DNA of 64,000 bases from a virus (Duplodnaviria; Caudoviricetes): the IMG/VR virus record IMGVR_UViG_3300002220_006617, positions 63,666 through 127,665 of that record; one strand, written 5' to 3'. Under the pieces are notes generated by a model that was not told where the DNA came from, searched no databases, and saw only the letters and a program-made list of their open reading frames with translations. A program made the position numbers and the translations under genes. Within the stretch, counting starts at the first letter, position 1. Each line of letters starts with the position of its first letter. Shown here piece by piece: positions 37,289 to 49,392 of this stretch.

Positions 37289-38920
37289 ATGGCCATTACC
37301 GAGCCCCAGTGGGCTGATTATCAAGATCAACCTAACGGCAAAGAAAATTATGACGAGGCCATGAAATGGTACAATTCCATTCCCCAAAGCCCGGCCGAAA
37401 CGAACCTCAGCCGTGGGGGTATCAACGATAATGAATACTGGGATAATGTACCAAAAGCAGCGGAATATGCGACAGTAAACGATTATGATCTTGCCTACCG
37501 GTATTACTGGGCCAACAAATACCCGGACGCAGCAGCCACCATGCCGGAGTACCGGGACCTTGTCGGTCACGGAGACCAGGCCCCGCAAACTGTTTACAAA
37601 AGTGCCGACCGGTATACTGAACAAGATAAAAACAGCAAATACATTGCAGGATACCCGCAAAGCGACCCGGCACTCTCAACATTACCAACCGGCCAGAAAA
37701 TCATCACCTGCACAAAAAACACCGCAGCCACCACAGAAGTAACCGGCGGAACACCAATATCCCCCCTGGGGGTCTTCACCAACATCCGCGATGAAGCCCA
37801 GTATAGTGAAGGCAGCGACAACGATCCTGAATGGCTGGAACAACCGCACCGGCATGACTGGCCGGAAGATACTATCGATAACCCGCTGGGTGACACGTAC
37901 TATTACGAACAGTGGCAGAACGCGTACCGGTACTGGATGGCCAACCATTACCCGGACATGGATAACGGGCTTGGCAGCTGGTATGACCCGGAACATACAT
38001 CCGTTTATTACGACCCGTCAAACCCTATCACTCCTGACGCCCGGTGGCTGGCCGAACACCCGGGGTGGGACCCGCAAAGAATAACCACTAATCCGGGAGC
38101 CGGCTCCGGTATCGGTGGTGGCGGTTCCGGAGGTACGGCAGGTTCCGCAATTGGCGATGAGATCACTATCAGTATCGACGGAAACTCAACGTTCTCCTTT
38201 GAAGTTGTCGATGTCGTTGATCTTACTGAAGAAAACATCGTACCGGAACATTCCGTTGAAGAACAGTTCATTGTTCACGACCACATCATTGCCAAACCAA
38301 AACGGGTAAAACTCACCTGTAAACTGCCAAAAACCCTGTCGGTCAACAGCATTCCGGGCGGCAGCAGCAGTATCACGTATATCATACCACAGAAACTCAG
38401 TGAACTCAACAAAAAAAGAGAACCCGTCAAATTACGGTCATCCCTGGTATCTGTCGATAGCATGGCCATTGTCCACATTGCCTACCGGGACTCCGCAGAT
38501 TCCGACAACTTCCTCATGGCCGAGATGGAACTGACCGAGATCCGCAAGGTCAGCATGTCCGTTACTGCAAGTTCATTATCCGGCATCACCCTAAAAAACG
38601 ACAACACGACAGCAACCATTGCAAAACTCATGAACGCAGCACAGACTATGCAGGACTGGGCAGTTTTTGCATTTGACGCCCAGGAAACCATCAACTTCGA
38701 TTCCCCGAAATTAAATCTCAACATCAACACATTCCCGAAATGGACCGTATGGGGAGATCCCGATCAACTCAAAGATGCGAACTCCCAGAACGCCCCGGTA
38801 ATCATTTCACCCAACATACTCCAGACTACAAGCACAACATCACCTGCAGCAACCCAAAGCACCCTGGCAGCTTACGCTACTGTAAAAAGAGATAATGCAA
38901 CCGTGAGCTGGTCACAATGA
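37289..38920 (+). CDS. Dit-like/tail-tube initiator protein with long Y/W/D/P-rich N-terminal extension
   Basis: VPEHSVEE..IVHDHI..KPKRVKL motif; SD GGAGTG. Confidence 0.65.
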   Translation: MAITEPQWADYQDQPNGKENYDEAMKWYNSIPQSPAETNLSRGGINDNEYWDNVPKAAEYATVNDYDLAYRYYWANKYPDAAATMPEYRDLVGHGDQAPQTVYKSADRYTEQDKNSKYIAGYPQSDPALSTLPTGQKIITCTKNTAATTEVTGGTPISPLGVFTNIRDEAQYSEGSDNDPEWLEQPHRHDWPEDTIDNPLGDTYYYEQWQNAYRYWMANHYPDMDNGLGSWYDPEHTSVYYDPSNPITPDARWLAEHPGWDPQRITTNPGAGSGIGGGGSGGTAGSAIGDEITISIDGNSTFSFEVVDVVDLTEENIVPEHSVEEQFIVHDHIIAKPKRVKLTCKLPKTLSVNSIPGGSSSITYIIPQKLSELNKKREPVKLRSSLVSVDSMAIVHIAYRDSADSDNFLMAEMELTEIRKVSMSVTASSLSGITLKNDNTTATIAKLMNAAQTMQDWAVFAFDAQETINFDSPKLNLNINTFPKWTVWGDPDQLKDANSQNAPVIISPNILQTTSTTSPAATQSTLAAYATVKRDNATVSWSQ

Positions 38921-39228
38921 TGCTCAGGGTCAGTTGTTCCTACGCCCTGTTACCGTTCAGGATCGGTGAAAATTACGGCCTTAGCCAATCCCATTATTTC
39001 AATATCGAAGACCGGACCTACGAAATCAGGTATACCTACAACTACACCGGCAAATTCTATGCAATCCATATCTCGGATAAATCCGATGCCAGAACTTTAT
39101 TTATCGGTAAATTAACACCCTTAAACCTGGCATTATATGTAAAAGACGCCGATACTGCACAGATCCTGTTCACAATCGTCCCCATCAACACAGCATATGG
39201 AAACGTCACGGCAATGGCGGTGTGGTAA
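38917..39228 (+). CDS. Small baseplate (plug-like) protein
   Basis: ~100 aa, YEIRYTYN....Y.I.I pattern; synteny. Confidence 0.55.
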   Translation: MMLRVSCSYALLPFRIGENYGLSQSHYFNIEDRTYEIRYTYNYTGKFYAIHISDKSDARTLFIGKLTPLNLALYVKDADTAQILFTIVPINTAYGNVTAMAVW

Positions 39229-39231
39229 CCC

Positions 39232-40203
39232 ATGGGCGGCCAGATATTCAAACCGGGCACCCTCAAAGTCATGCCCCTGAACCTGGAATCCATTCTTAGA
39301 GGTAATGCCCTGATAAAAGATCAGACGATCTTCACCCTGTTCATCCTCGAAGAAACCCAGAACGTTATTATCAACAACATCTACAGCGCGTACTGGAACG
39401 GCCAGACCACGCGGGCTGGCGAGTTATGCCATAAAGCCATCAACGAGATCATGATGTTACTAACCCTGACAGCTCCGCCCCTCGACATCGATTTTGATAA
39501 TATCGTATTCGACGGAGAAGGTTACCTGACCACCCCTCAGATATCTCTCAACGTATTCGGCGCATTTATCACCGCCAACACGTTCGGAGCTTCACTCAGT
39601 TTCAATTTCTTCAGCAGAACCTGTATTGAGATGTTCAAGTATTATCGGCAACAGAACGTCCGGAACGGCGTCAACCTGACTGATGATCAATACTGGGAAG
39701 ATCTCAATGCATCCACCCCGGCAACCTTCACAGCGGCCCAGACCAACCCCTGGTCATTACAATCAACCCAGTTCATGGAACTGACCCAGTATAATGGCGA
39801 TAACACATCGTTCTACATGTTCATCTATGAAGAATCGTTCAACACCCTCAATAAACTCTTAAAAAACATGGCAAAAGACGGGGATCTTGCCGGTTGTGCC
39901 AGAATCGCTCACCAGTATATCCCGGAACTGGTCACTCTGATCGAATGGACGAACCCCACCCTTCTGGGGTCAATCGTACCTAATCCGACACTGGCCCTGA
40001 CGAAGGGAATGTCACTTTCCTATAATATGTACTTCAGGGCAACGTTAACAGCATTGATGTATTACAGGACGTTGGACAGTTCAACTTACCTCGATACCCA
40101 ATACAAGAACTGGGACGGCACAACCGCAACATTCCCCGAGAGTATCAACGATCCACCTGCAGCAGTGTGGATCGGAACCCTCGCAAACGACATTTTCAGG
40201 TGA
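39232..40203 (+). CDS. Helical protein with two copies of a repeated FI.EE domain
   Basis: FTLFILEETQN and FYMFIYEESFN. Confidence 0.65.
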   Translation: MGGQIFKPGTLKVMPLNLESILRGNALIKDQTIFTLFILEETQNVIINNIYSAYWNGQTTRAGELCHKAINEIMMLLTLTAPPLDIDFDNIVFDGEGYLTTPQISLNVFGAFITANTFGASLSFNFFSRTCIEMFKYYRQQNVRNGVNLTDDQYWEDLNASTPATFTAAQTNPWSLQSTQFMELTQYNGDNTSFYMFIYEESFNTLNKLLKNMAKDGDLAGCARIAHQYIPELVTLIEWTNPTLLGSIVPNPTLALTKGMSLSYNMYFRATLTALMYYRTLDSSTYLDTQYKNWDGTTATFPESINDPPAAVWIGTLANDIFR

Positions 40204-40210
40204 ATCACAG

Positions 40211-40696
40211 ATGGCATTCGGATTTGTATCGGCAGAAGCTATTGGCAGAACCATCCAGATGGGTGGACTTTTCAGGAACAATGCAAATTTCTTCCTGTTC
40301 ATTCTTGAAGAATCGTACCAGACGCTGGGTATGCTCACATCGACCCTGTACCGCAACCAGGAATACGACCGGTGTTACGAAGTAACCACCTATGCCATCC
40401 AGGAACTTGCCCAATGGTGCAACCTGTGCGAAGTGCCGGCACTTGCCAATATCCTGTATCCCATGAACGTTGCATACCTGGCATTCTTCCGGTCCGAGAT
40501 CATTGCAATGATCCAGTTCAGAAACCAGAGTGCTGCCAGTGCAACGTCCCAGCCTGCCGGTATCTTCAAAGCAGATTACCTGGGTTTCTTCGGATCCGAT
40601 CCTGCCAATACTCACAAGTTCCTTGCCGTAAAGAACGGGGTGTTATCCCTTGAAGATCTCGACGGAACCCCCTATTATCTGGGGTTATCAACGTGA
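40211..40696 (+). CDS. Helical protein with one copy of the same domain
   Basis: FFLFILEESYQ. Confidence 0.65.
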   Translation: MAFGFVSAEAIGRTIQMGGLFRNNANFFLFILEESYQTLGMLTSTLYRNQEYDRCYEVTTYAIQELAQWCNLCEVPALANILYPMNVAYLAFFRSEIIAMIQFRNQSAASATSQPAGIFKADYLGFFGSDPANTHKFLAVKNGVLSLEDLDGTPYYLGLST

Positions 40697-42783
40697 GACT
40701 CCAGGGATCTTCTGTTGAACTCATCGGGTTCATGACCCGATCTTACTGGTCAAGATTTTCCGGTATTGCCCCGTTCCTCGGGCACGTAGCAGATTACGAA
40801 CTCCAAAGGATCAGTGATTTCGCTATGATCATGTCCTATTTCCGGGACCTTATCGGCGGAAACTCTATCGCACTCATGATATCCCAACCGGCAAAAGACA
40901 CCGTCCAGCAACGCCGTAACATCGAATTCAACTATTCATTGCTAATCCAGTTTACCCATCTTCTTGGCGTCAACGCCATTGCCTGTCATTACCGCCAGCG
41001 GATTGCAGAAAACCAATACCTCAAAGATTTCTTTGAAGGAATTATCGGGGACAAATACACCAAAGCCTGTGCATTCTACGATGCAAACGGCGATTCATAC
41101 GCAGATCTTGCCGGAACACTCACCAAAGATACCACCGATCTGGACGTACTTGCGATTGTCGTTGATATCGTCAACATAGCGTCATCAGCAATGCGGGATG
41201 CCGGAGCATTCGTTATCTATCAGTTAACCATGGGAACTGCCATGGCGATCATCCAGCAGAAACGGCGTGAAGACTGGTACGATAACACAAAATTATCCCC
41301 CGAACAGATGCTCGGGTATTCCACCTGGAGATCAACCATCGATTTCTCCATGCTGGTATCGGCCCTCGGCGAAAGTACTACCAAACGGTATACTGACATC
41401 TATTGTACCGAAGAATTCTGGCAGGCAACGAACCCGGCATTACCTGTTTACTGGACATTCCTCTACAGCAACATCCTTATGACCATCCAGTATGACCGGA
41501 TGCTCTCAAAACTCGAGGGATACACCTTTGAGGGCACCGGGCAGGAAGACATCGACGTTCCCGGCGGAACATTATCATCAGTTAAACCCATGCCGACCAG
41601 CAAAGCCAAATCACTTGCTGAAATGGACGCACAAGTCGGCGGCGGAGGAGCCGGGACCAATACAGTATATACCACGCCCAAAAACTTCGGGGGTCTGCCC
41701 ATAAACGGCCAGGTTGACGGCGTCTCGTACAATACCGAAGGCCAGAAAACATCACCATTCTCAGCAACCTCGGCAGCCGGATCAAGTTCGTTACTCAACC
41801 AGATTAACGACGACCCGACACCCATAGCGCCCGGCACCACCAAAAATGTCGGGTTGTGGCAACGGGTAGTTACCGTCTATGTTGAAACTGCCGATGGCAA
41901 AGCAGTAACCAAATTCAATACCGAACCGGATACCCAGGGGTTCGGCGGCTGCGACATTGATCTTGAAATGGTGGGCGGTGACGAGACCACAGCAAATTCA
42001 ATGATCATCACGCTCTGGAACCTGTCAGAATCCACCAAAAACAAGATCATTGCATCAACTGACGAGAAAAAAGGGGTCTGTTTAAAAGTCCAAGCCGGGT
42101 ATTCTGACGATTACGGCACCATTTTCGTAGGGAACGTATCCTCAAAATACGACAAATGGGTTGGCGGCGACGTTGCAACCATCCTGATCGCCTACGACGA
42201 CATCATCAAAATGAACGAGACCGAACCCAAGCGCCTGACCTACGTTGCCGGAGACCTTTACATCAAAGCAATCCACGATATCATCAAAATATCCGGTGTC
42301 ACCGTAGGGTACATTGAAAACCCGCGAAACCTTGCATTCCTTCCCGACAATCCATCCAGCGGTAACAACCAGGTCGTCCTTTACAACACCCCGGCTGCCC
42401 TGATGAATGAGATGGTGCAGAAGATTAACGGTAACCTCGACGCGCTTGATAAAGACGCCAGCGGTAAAGTCACACACGATGAAAGTGAAGATTTCATCTT
42501 CTACATCCGCGACGGGATAGCCAACTGCTGCCGGAAAGGGATGATCCCTTACGATACCATTTCCATGGGATCAGAAAACGGGCTGATGGAAGCTGCTGCA
42601 ACCTCAAATACTACCAACGACGAGGTTGCTACCATGAAAAGTCTCCTGCAGTGGAGAGTCAAGATCGGGAGTCGTCTGGTATTAAAATCAAGAACCAACC
42701 CCGGCACCTTCCGGATCCGCGGGTATAAACACATCATCAACGGTTCGCAGTTTTACACAGAAGCAAGCCTCGGAGCGATCTAA
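40693..42783 (+). CDS. Baseplate hub protein with N-terminal helical extension
   Basis: [10 protein letters not shown]...LKVQAGY...TIFVGNV hub motif in the C-terminal half. Confidence 0.75.
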   Translation: MRLQGSSVELIGFMTRSYWSRFSGIAPFLGHVADYELQRISDFAMIMSYFRDLIGGNSIALMISQPAKDTVQQRRNIEFNYSLLIQFTHLLGVNAIACHYRQRIAENQYLKDFFEGIIGDKYTKACAFYDANGDSYADLAGTLTKDTTDLDVLAIVVDIVNIASSAMRDAGAFVIYQLTMGTAMAIIQQKRREDWYDNTKLSPEQMLGYSTWRSTIDFSMLVSALGESTTKRYTDIYCTEEFWQATNPALPVYWTFLYSNILMTIQYDRMLSKLEGYTFEGTGQEDIDVPGGTLSSVKPMPTSKAKSLAEMDAQVGGGGAGTNTVYTTPKNFGGLPINGQVDGVSYNTEGQKTSPFSATSAAGSSSLLNQINDDPTPIAPGTTKNVGLWQRVVTVYVETADGKAVTKFNTEPDTQGFGGCDIDLEMVGGDETTANSMIITLWNLSESTKNKIIASTDEKKGVCLKVQAGYSDDYGTIFVGNVSSKYDKWVGGDVATILIAYDDIIKMNETEPKRLTYVAGDLYIKAIHDIIKISGVTVGYIENPRNLAFLPDNPSSGNNQVVLYNTPAALMNEMVQKINGNLDALDKDASGKVTHDESEDFIFYIRDGIANCCRKGMIPYDTISMGSENGLMEAAATSNTTNDEVATMKSLLQWRVKIGSRLVLKSRTNPGTFRIRGYKHIINGSQFYTEASLGAI

Positions 42784-45700
42784 TGGAATTCATTGACACA
42801 ATCATCGAAATTGAAGATAAGAAAATAAACGCCATCAACACCATGGAACTTGCGGTTGTCACGGCCGTTTACTCTGACAAGATGAAATGCGACGTTGTCT
42901 TCAAAGCACTGATTGACGGCAAAAAGTTCACGCTCAACCAGGTCCCGATCCAATGTTCAAATTTCAGCGGGTCATCAATCATCGCATTACCTGCAGTCGG
43001 TGATACCGTAGTCCTCGGTTTTACCCGAAAACCACTCAAGGAACAGTTACAGATCAAAGGACTCCAGAACAGTTTGAATGAAGGGGTCCTCCACAATATC
43101 AACAACGCAATCATTCTCGGGTCTGTATACGTTGACAGCGAGAAAAAACCCGATATCAAGAACAAAGAACTCATCATCCAGCACGTTTCCGGCTCACTCA
43201 TCAAGTTCAAATCCAACGGGTCTATGACCATGGTCGATGGCAGAGATACGACCGGTTTTGAGATCAACAATGGGGTCATCTCAATAGCGGCCGCCCGGGA
43301 AATCACGCTGTCAGCCCCAAAATTCTCAATATTCACTGATAAAATGCCCATCAAGAACCGCGGCACTGCAGTCGAATTCCAGCCAGGTGTACCCGGTGAA
43401 GAAGAATATGATGAAGCAAACACCGATGGAATCACGTATCCCGGATGCGGAACCCGTGTCTCGGATATAAATAAAGTTACTGATTCAACAAGCACTTGCC
43501 CATCAACTTTCGTACCCATTGCGGGACCGGCAGGAGTACCCGGCCCAACCGGTGCACCAGGACCAACAGGGCCGTCCGGCACAACCGGGCCGGCCGGACC
43601 CCCTGGCCCCACGGGAGCTGATTCAACCGTTCCAGGCCCTGCAGGAAACACGGGTCTGACCGGGGCTGATGGACCCGCAGGCCCCACCGGCCCGGCGGGT
43701 GCAGACTCAACCGTCCCGGGACCCCAAGGAGAAACCGGGCCCGCCGGACCAACCGGACCCGCGGGTGCAGATTCAACTGTTCCCGGACCTCAGGGTGAAA
43801 CAGGTCTGACCGGAGAAACCGGCCTGACGGGAAATACGGGCCCAGCAGGAGAAACCGGCCCGGCAGGGGCTGACGGAATAGACGGTTCAACTGCTTCAAA
43901 CCTCGGCACATCCGGTGACGGCGTCCCAATCTATTCCGGGAAAGTCGGAATCGATTACCAGTTCAAACGCCTGAAAGCCGGTACCAACGTCTCGTTCACA
44001 GAAGAAACCAACGATGTAATCATCAACACATCCGGATCTTCATCAGATTCCCCGTGCCTGATGTATAATTACAATGCCGGCACAGACCCGACCCTCGTAG
44101 CGTCCGGCGAGATCATTATTGATGAAGACCTAGACGAATGGCTGATTACTATCGGCCTGTCAAAAACCGATGCTGCCGGTGTAGACCGGACCAGTTACCT
44201 CACGGGCCTTGTTGCAACCTCTGCCGCAATCCAGATCCATTCCAACGCCAGTAACAAAACCTACAATATTTACCTTGATTCCTATGTAGAAGGATCGACT
44301 TACATAACCCTCTCAACAACTTCATACCGCTGGTGGTATGATGATAATAATGGTGCAGAAACATATACGGCCGGGGAACACCTGTTCCTTACCATCCCCG
44401 TAGATAGTCCAATCTTTTCCGGTACAATCTCTGCAGACGGATTCAGCGGTATAAACAGACCCCAGAACTCCGTGACCTCAAACCTGGGGTCCCCCTGTGT
44501 TGAAGAATCAACTCTGTTCCACGGTGAACTGAACAATAAACTCCGGTTCATCCCGGCAACGCTGGCAGAACAATCTACAAACGGAACTGACTGGACCACA
44601 TCAACCCGGCTCTCGGCCATTGAACTCGCAAATTTAATGATTGGGGAAGGTCAGGGTTCAACCACCGGGGAGATCATCCCGACCATGACCGTTGGCGGGC
44701 AAGGACATTACCGTCTGACTTGGGAACGAACATCCGGGTATGAATTCCTCAATAAATTATACCTGTACATGCAGACCACCGGAAACGACGTCGTGGTCAA
44801 AGTAGAGAAATACAATAACACTACCACGACATGGAGCACCGTCACTTCCGGAACCATAAACAATTGGCCGGGCCATGTATACGTTCCCCATTCCCAGATC
44901 CAGTATGCATCTGGTACCGGACAAGCCGGATACTGCGATAAAGTCCGGGTAACGTTCTCCTGCACCAGTGCCACCAACACCAACCCGGTTTATCTCTGGA
45001 ATATTGAATGGTTCGGCGGATATCCTGCAGGAAGGCGGAACGTTGAATCATACGACCGGAATAAAAATGTTACATTCCCCGCCGTTATTTACTCTGCAAC
45101 GGGCGGTTTCGGTTCTCCGGTGGATATGATCCAGTATGTCCCAAACACGGCTCATTCTGCCTATATTGAAGCAATAAAGATCGTTCACAGTGATATGCCC
45201 ACAGTAGTAATCGATGGTAACCTCGGAATGGATGCGGGATCCGGTTTAGCAGAACTATATGCCATGGACGATGTAAGTAACTTTTCTATATGGGCCGGTA
45301 TGAGCGGGTACAGCCCGAGGGCACGATTTTACGGAATTTCAAGTTCAACCAACCACGGGGATATAATCTTCAGCGTCCCGAACGCAGCTCATAATGCGCT
45401 CCTCACGGCACTCAGGATGTTCCACGGGGATTATCCTGCAGTGCAGATAGGCAAAGACACCGACGCCTTAAATATGTCATCACACTGGTTTGAACGAAAT
45501 GTTGATAATGACGGGTGGGGCGTCTGTGCCGGAAATTCTTCAAACCATAACGCATATCTCTGGCTGTATGGAGTCACGTCAGGAACCGAGCACGGCAACA
45601 TCGAATTTTGCGTTCCCAACACAGCACACACGGCAACAGTTAACGGACTTGCAATCATTCATGGAGATGTTCCAAAAGCCATACTGAACGGCAGCGAACT

Positions 45701-46064
45701 CATCCGGTCGTTTGAACGGATCCGAGAAGGTTCCCTCTACGTTTCAACCCTGATGTATTACCGCGTCCCGGCAACTGCCAAAATATCCATTGCAACTACC
45801 ACGCTCGGTTCCCTGCCGGGCGGCCAGTCGGTCAAAGTTGATATCCGGAAGAACGGCACAGCGTCCACCAACAGTGTGTTCTCATCCGATGTTCCGATGG
45901 AAGTCACTACCAGTACCGGAGCAACCAACGGGAAATATACGGTATCCGGCACAATCGACGCAGCACAGGCCACCTGTGCGGCTGGCGATATCCTGTACAT
46001 CATGGTCACCCAGGTTGGCACAACCGCAGCCGGCCAGGACCTGCTCGTCTCCGTGGTGTTCTGA
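42783..46064 (+). CDS. Baseplate spike (Gp138/GpV-like N-terminus) fused to collagen-like repeats and fibre domains
   Basis: L.QVPI...[13 protein letters not shown]-fold; long Gly-X-Y run at about 43525-43890. Confidence 0.8.
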   Translation: MEFIDTIIEIEDKKINAINTMELAVVTAVYSDKMKCDVVFKALIDGKKFTLNQVPIQCSNFSGSSIIALPAVGDTVVLGFTRKPLKEQLQIKGLQNSLNEGVLHNINNAIILGSVYVDSEKKPDIKNKELIIQHVSGSLIKFKSNGSMTMVDGRDTTGFEINNGVISIAAAREITLSAPKFSIFTDKMPIKNRGTAVEFQPGVPGEEEYDEANTDGITYPGCGTRVSDINKVTDSTSTCPSTFVPIAGPAGVPGPTGAPGPTGPSGTTGPAGPPGPTGADSTVPGPAGNTGLTGADGPAGPTGPAGADSTVPGPQGETGPAGPTGPAGADSTVPGPQGETGLTGETGLTGNTGPAGETGPAGADGIDGSTASNLGTSGDGVPIYSGKVGIDYQFKRLKAGTNVSFTEETNDVIINTSGSSSDSPCLMYNYNAGTDPTLVASGEIIIDEDLDEWLITIGLSKTDAAGVDRTSYLTGLVATSAAIQIHSNASNKTYNIYLDSYVEGSTYITLSTTSYRWWYDDNNGAETYTAGEHLFLTIPVDSPIFSGTISADGFSGINRPQNSVTSNLGSPCVEESTLFHGELNNKLRFIPATLAEQSTNGTDWTTSTRLSAIELANLMIGEGQGSTTGEIIPTMTVGGQGHYRLTWERTSGYEFLNKLYLYMQTTGNDVVVKVEKYNNTTTTWSTVTSGTINNWPGHVYVPHSQIQYASGTGQAGYCDKVRVTFSCTSATNTNPVYLWNIEWFGGYPAGRRNVESYDRNKNVTFPAVIYSATGGFGSPVDMIQYVPNTAHSAYIEAIKIVHSDMPTVVIDGNLGMDAGSGLAELYAMDDVSNFSIWAGMSGYSPRARFYGISSSTNHGDIIFSVPNAAHNALLTALRMFHGDYPAVQIGKDTDALNMSSHWFERNVDNDGWGVCAGNSSNHNAYLWLYGVTSGTEHGNIEFCVPNTAHTATVNGLAIIHGDVPKAILNGSELIRSFERIREGSLYVSTLMYYRVPATAKISIATTTLGSLPGGQSVKVDIRKNGTASTNSVFSSDVPMEVTTSTGATNGKYTVSGTIDAAQATCAAGDILYIMVTQVGTTAAGQDLLVSVVF
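43525..43890 (+). repeat. Collagen-coding repeats
   Basis: [22 protein letters not shown] occurs twice, with further degenerate units. Confidence 0.9.
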
Positions 46065-48424
46065 TGGTATTATATCGGGTTCCGACAGTCAGTGGCAGTT
46101 ACACTATCATCCGTTGGTATGGAAGTGGATCTCAGGCATTCACGGTACCCACCGGTGTAACTTCAATTGAATACCTTGTCGTAGCCGGTGGCGGAGCCGG
46201 TGCGGGCGGAGCATCTCCGGGCGGCGGTGGCGGAGGAGCTGGCGGTATGAAAACCGGTTCAGTCACCGTAACCCCTGGGAACGTGCATACCATCACCTGT
46301 GGTGCCGGCGGCACGATTGTTCTCGCCGGAATGGGGAACAACGGAGGGAGTTCGTCGTTCGGAACGCTCATATCCTGCACGGGTGGCGGTGGCGCGGGTC
46401 TCGGCACAACCGGAAGCACTGGCGGGAGTGGTGGTGCCAATAGCGGGGGTAATGTATCCGGGGAAGGTAATATCGGGGGTACTGGCCAAACCCGTGGACA
46501 TGGTGGCGGCGGCGGTAAAAGTGCTGCAGGGTCTCCTGGTAATACCGGCACAGGAGGTAACGGGGGTGACGGTACATCCAGTAGTATCACCGGATCAGCG
46601 ATCACCTATGCCGGCGGCGGTGCCGGTGGCGGCGAAAACTTTGGAGCAACCGGTGGTGCCGGTGGCGGCGGGAACAGCGGCGCGGGCTCATCAAACGGGG
46701 TTTCCGGAACTCTGGGGTTGGGCGGCGGCGGCGGCGGATCATATACCGGGTATCCCGGTAACGGCGGTGCCGGCACAGTCATCCTGAAATTCCTGACGGC
46801 AACCCCCGTTGCAGCATTCTCCGGTTCTCCATTACAGGGAACCGTTCCGTTCTCCGTCCAGTTCACCGATGCATCAACCAACTGGCCGACGGCATGGAGC
46901 TGGACGTTCGGCGATACCGGGACATCATCCACTCAAAGTCCGGCTCACCAGTATACCGTAGCCGGCACTTATACGGTAACCCTGACCGCTGCCAATACTG
47001 CCGGGAGTGACGGCGAGACCAAGACTGCATACATCCAGGCAAATTCTTCTGCAACTGCCCCGGTTGCTGCATTCAGCGGTACAAACCTGTCAAACCGGGC
47101 ACCGATGACCGTCCAGTTCACCGATGCAACCACCAACACGCCAACCTCGTGGCTCTGGAATTTCGGGGACGGAACCACGTCAACCGCCCAGAGTCCGTCG
47201 CACATCTACCACAATCCCGGTAAATATACAGTCACTCTTACAGCTACCAATGCAGCCGGATCAGACGGAGAAACCAAAACGGATTACGTTTATGCATTTG
47301 CCGATTATCTCACGAGATATGCAAAACAGATCCCTCTGTATTCCCCGGAAGTCATCCACACCGGGCCTGGCCTTGCATATCCATACATGGCATTTACTGC
47401 CGTCGATCTCACCGGTATCAACCTCTCAAAAGCATACTTGGCCATCGAGATGAAAAGTGATCAGCCAATATCAAACATCAACAACTGCCAGCTGGAACTT
47501 ACCAGTGCCGGGGCTTCTGATTCCGAAGAGATAACATGGGACTGGCGACAACCGGATATCTCCACTGAATGGCGATCATTCTTATTCCCGTTATCGGGCG
47601 TCTGTGACGTCCCCCCATATCTTGTGCCAAGCAACAACGGATTTGACCCGTCATCAGCCAACTTTATTCGAATGTATGGGTTCACTGCTGATGAATCCAG
47701 CGTTACATTAGGCTGGAGAAACGCCCGGATCGTGTATCCAAAAATCGAAGGGTACGCTGACCTGTTTAACGGCTGCATTGCCTATTGGGACATGGCCGGA
47801 GACGGCAGGGACTGCGTTGGCGGGCACGACGGTACCGTAACCGGGGCAACCCTGACAACCGACCGGAACGGCCTTGCAAACCGGGCATATAACTTTGCTG
47901 CAAATCAACGGCTCGCCGTAGCCAACTCCGCAGACTTCAATTTCGGGACGGGTGATTTTACCATCCTGGCCTATCTGCAATACAACACAACGTTCGGGAC
48001 ATATGGCACTTATTGCAGTCTCGGGTATTACACCGGCGGCATCCTGTTCAGGCAGAACTCAGGTACACAACTCGGGGCACATCTCCAATATGCCTCCGCT
48101 AGCGATTACTATTACGCAACATTCAGCCCGAGTATCGGAGAAGATCATCTCGTAGGGGTCACAAGAAAAGACGGGTACATCCATTTCACCGTTGACGGTG
48201 TCCTTGTCGGCAGTTCTGCAGCATCAGCTCAAAACATCCAGACCGGATCATATACCTCCATGATCGGCGCGTCAACCCATTCATCCGGTAGCGAGAACCT
48301 GCTCAACCCGATTGATTATGTCATAGTATTCGACCGGGGACTTGACGACACCGAAGTCAAAGCCATTTACGACCTGACAAAATCCGGGAACATCTATCCG
48401 ATCAGCAGGAGTGATCCCCGATGA
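46064..48424 (+). CDS. Adhesin/fibre: glycine-rich domain, two PKD domains, LamG-like domain
   Basis: YLVVAGGGAG glycine-rich domain; two PVAAFSG...W.W.FGD PKD repeats; TDRNG..N.AYNF LamG. Confidence 0.85.
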   Translation: MVLYRVPTVSGSYTIIRWYGSGSQAFTVPTGVTSIEYLVVAGGGAGAGGASPGGGGGGAGGMKTGSVTVTPGNVHTITCGAGGTIVLAGMGNNGGSSSFGTLISCTGGGGAGLGTTGSTGGSGGANSGGNVSGEGNIGGTGQTRGHGGGGGKSAAGSPGNTGTGGNGGDGTSSSITGSAITYAGGGAGGGENFGATGGAGGGGNSGAGSSNGVSGTLGLGGGGGGSYTGYPGNGGAGTVILKFLTATPVAAFSGSPLQGTVPFSVQFTDASTNWPTAWSWTFGDTGTSSTQSPAHQYTVAGTYTVTLTAANTAGSDGETKTAYIQANSSATAPVAAFSGTNLSNRAPMTVQFTDATTNTPTSWLWNFGDGTTSTAQSPSHIYHNPGKYTVTLTATNAAGSDGETKTDYVYAFADYLTRYAKQIPLYSPEVIHTGPGLAYPYMAFTAVDLTGINLSKAYLAIEMKSDQPISNINNCQLELTSAGASDSEEITWDWRQPDISTEWRSFLFPLSGVCDVPPYLVPSNNGFDPSSANFIRMYGFTADESSVTLGWRNARIVYPKIEGYADLFNGCIAYWDMAGDGRDCVGGHDGTVTGATLTTDRNGLANRAYNFAANQRLAVANSADFNFGTGDFTILAYLQYNTTFGTYGTYCSLGYYTGGILFRQNSGTQLGAHLQYASASDYYYATFSPSIGEDHLVGVTRKDGYIHFTVDGVLVGSSAASAQNIQTGSYTSMIGASTHSSGSENLLNPIDYVIVFDRGLDDTEVKAIYDLTKSGNIYPISRSDPR

Positions 48425-49041
48425 CCCTTAACTTAACCAACCTGCAGTCATGGGATCTGCGGTTATGGTATCCCCCGGTAAACGGCGGAGCTTATGATGT
48501 ATCCGGCAATGCCAATAACGGAACCCTGTCTGCAGTAACATTATCCAAACTCAAAACCGGTGTTAACGCCCTGAACTTCAACACAGCAGCTTCATATTGT
48601 ACAATCACGGCAATCAACCCGACAACCCTGACCTGTTGTGCATGGTATAGCGGTGCTGACCTGAACGGTACCTGGCGAACCCCGTTCTGCCGGAACGGCG
48701 GCGGATACCACCACATGCTGATCCAGACGTCCACGAAACTATTGGGATTCTGGAACTCGGCATTTTACGGGTCAACTTACGTAGTCCAGGATAACATCCC
48801 AGTCTACTTATCCCTTACCAAAAACGGGACAAATGAGAAACTCTATGCAAATGGAAACCTGGTACTAGACTCAAACAGTTCGTTTGATAACGTTACCTAT
48901 CCGTTAAGTATACTCGGGAACAGTACATCAACCACCCCGTTACAAGGAGTCCGTGGCACCATGTCAGATATCATGGTATTCGGCACTGTATTATCACAAT
49001 CACAAATCAGGGCACTTTACGAGGCAACATATATCGACTGA
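48421..49041 (+). CDS. LamG/concanavalin-like lectin protein
   Basis: DVSGNANNGTL, KLYANG, LSQSQIRALY. Confidence 0.8.
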   Translation: MTLNLTNLQSWDLRLWYPPVNGGAYDVSGNANNGTLSAVTLSKLKTGVNALNFNTAASYCTITAINPTTLTCCAWYSGADLNGTWRTPFCRNGGGYHHMLIQTSTKLLGFWNSAFYGSTYVVQDNIPVYLSLTKNGTNEKLYANGNLVLDSNSSFDNVTYPLSILGNSTSTTPLQGVRGTMSDIMVFGTVLSQSQIRALYEATYID

Positions 49042-49080
49042 CATTCTTTTTTTAACCGTTCCGTCAATAAACTGATCATT

Positions 49081-49392
49081 ATGGGAAGACTTATTGACGC
49101 AGCAAAAGCGGCATTAGCAGCTGCGATTGACGATCAAAACACCCGGATACCTACAGATGCCAACTGGGAAAACTTAACCAGTCTGCAAAAAATCGCCGAA
49201 ATGTCAAAGATCAACCGGCTTGAACGGGCTGTCAATCTTGCTGAAAAACGCGAAACCACGTTCATAAACGCACGACGAGCTGCATTCGAAACCCTCTCGG
49301 CAACTCACCAGTCGGATATGTCAACCCTGCAAACGACCTGGCAACAGAAAGAGGATGCCGGATACGTTGTAGAAGATACCCTGCCTGCATGA
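49081..49392 (+). CDS. Helical hypothetical protein
   Basis: Own TGACATT promoter. Confidence 0.6.
   Translation: MGRLIDAAKAALAAAIDDQNTRIPTDANWENLTSLQKIAEMSKINRLERAVNLAEKRETTFINARRAAFETLSATHQSDMSTLQTTWQQKEDAGYVVEDTLPA

Noticed and set aside
42869-46932. Long minus-strand ORFs opposite the collagen and glycine-rich genes
   Set aside because: Shadow ORFs of low-complexity coding sequence
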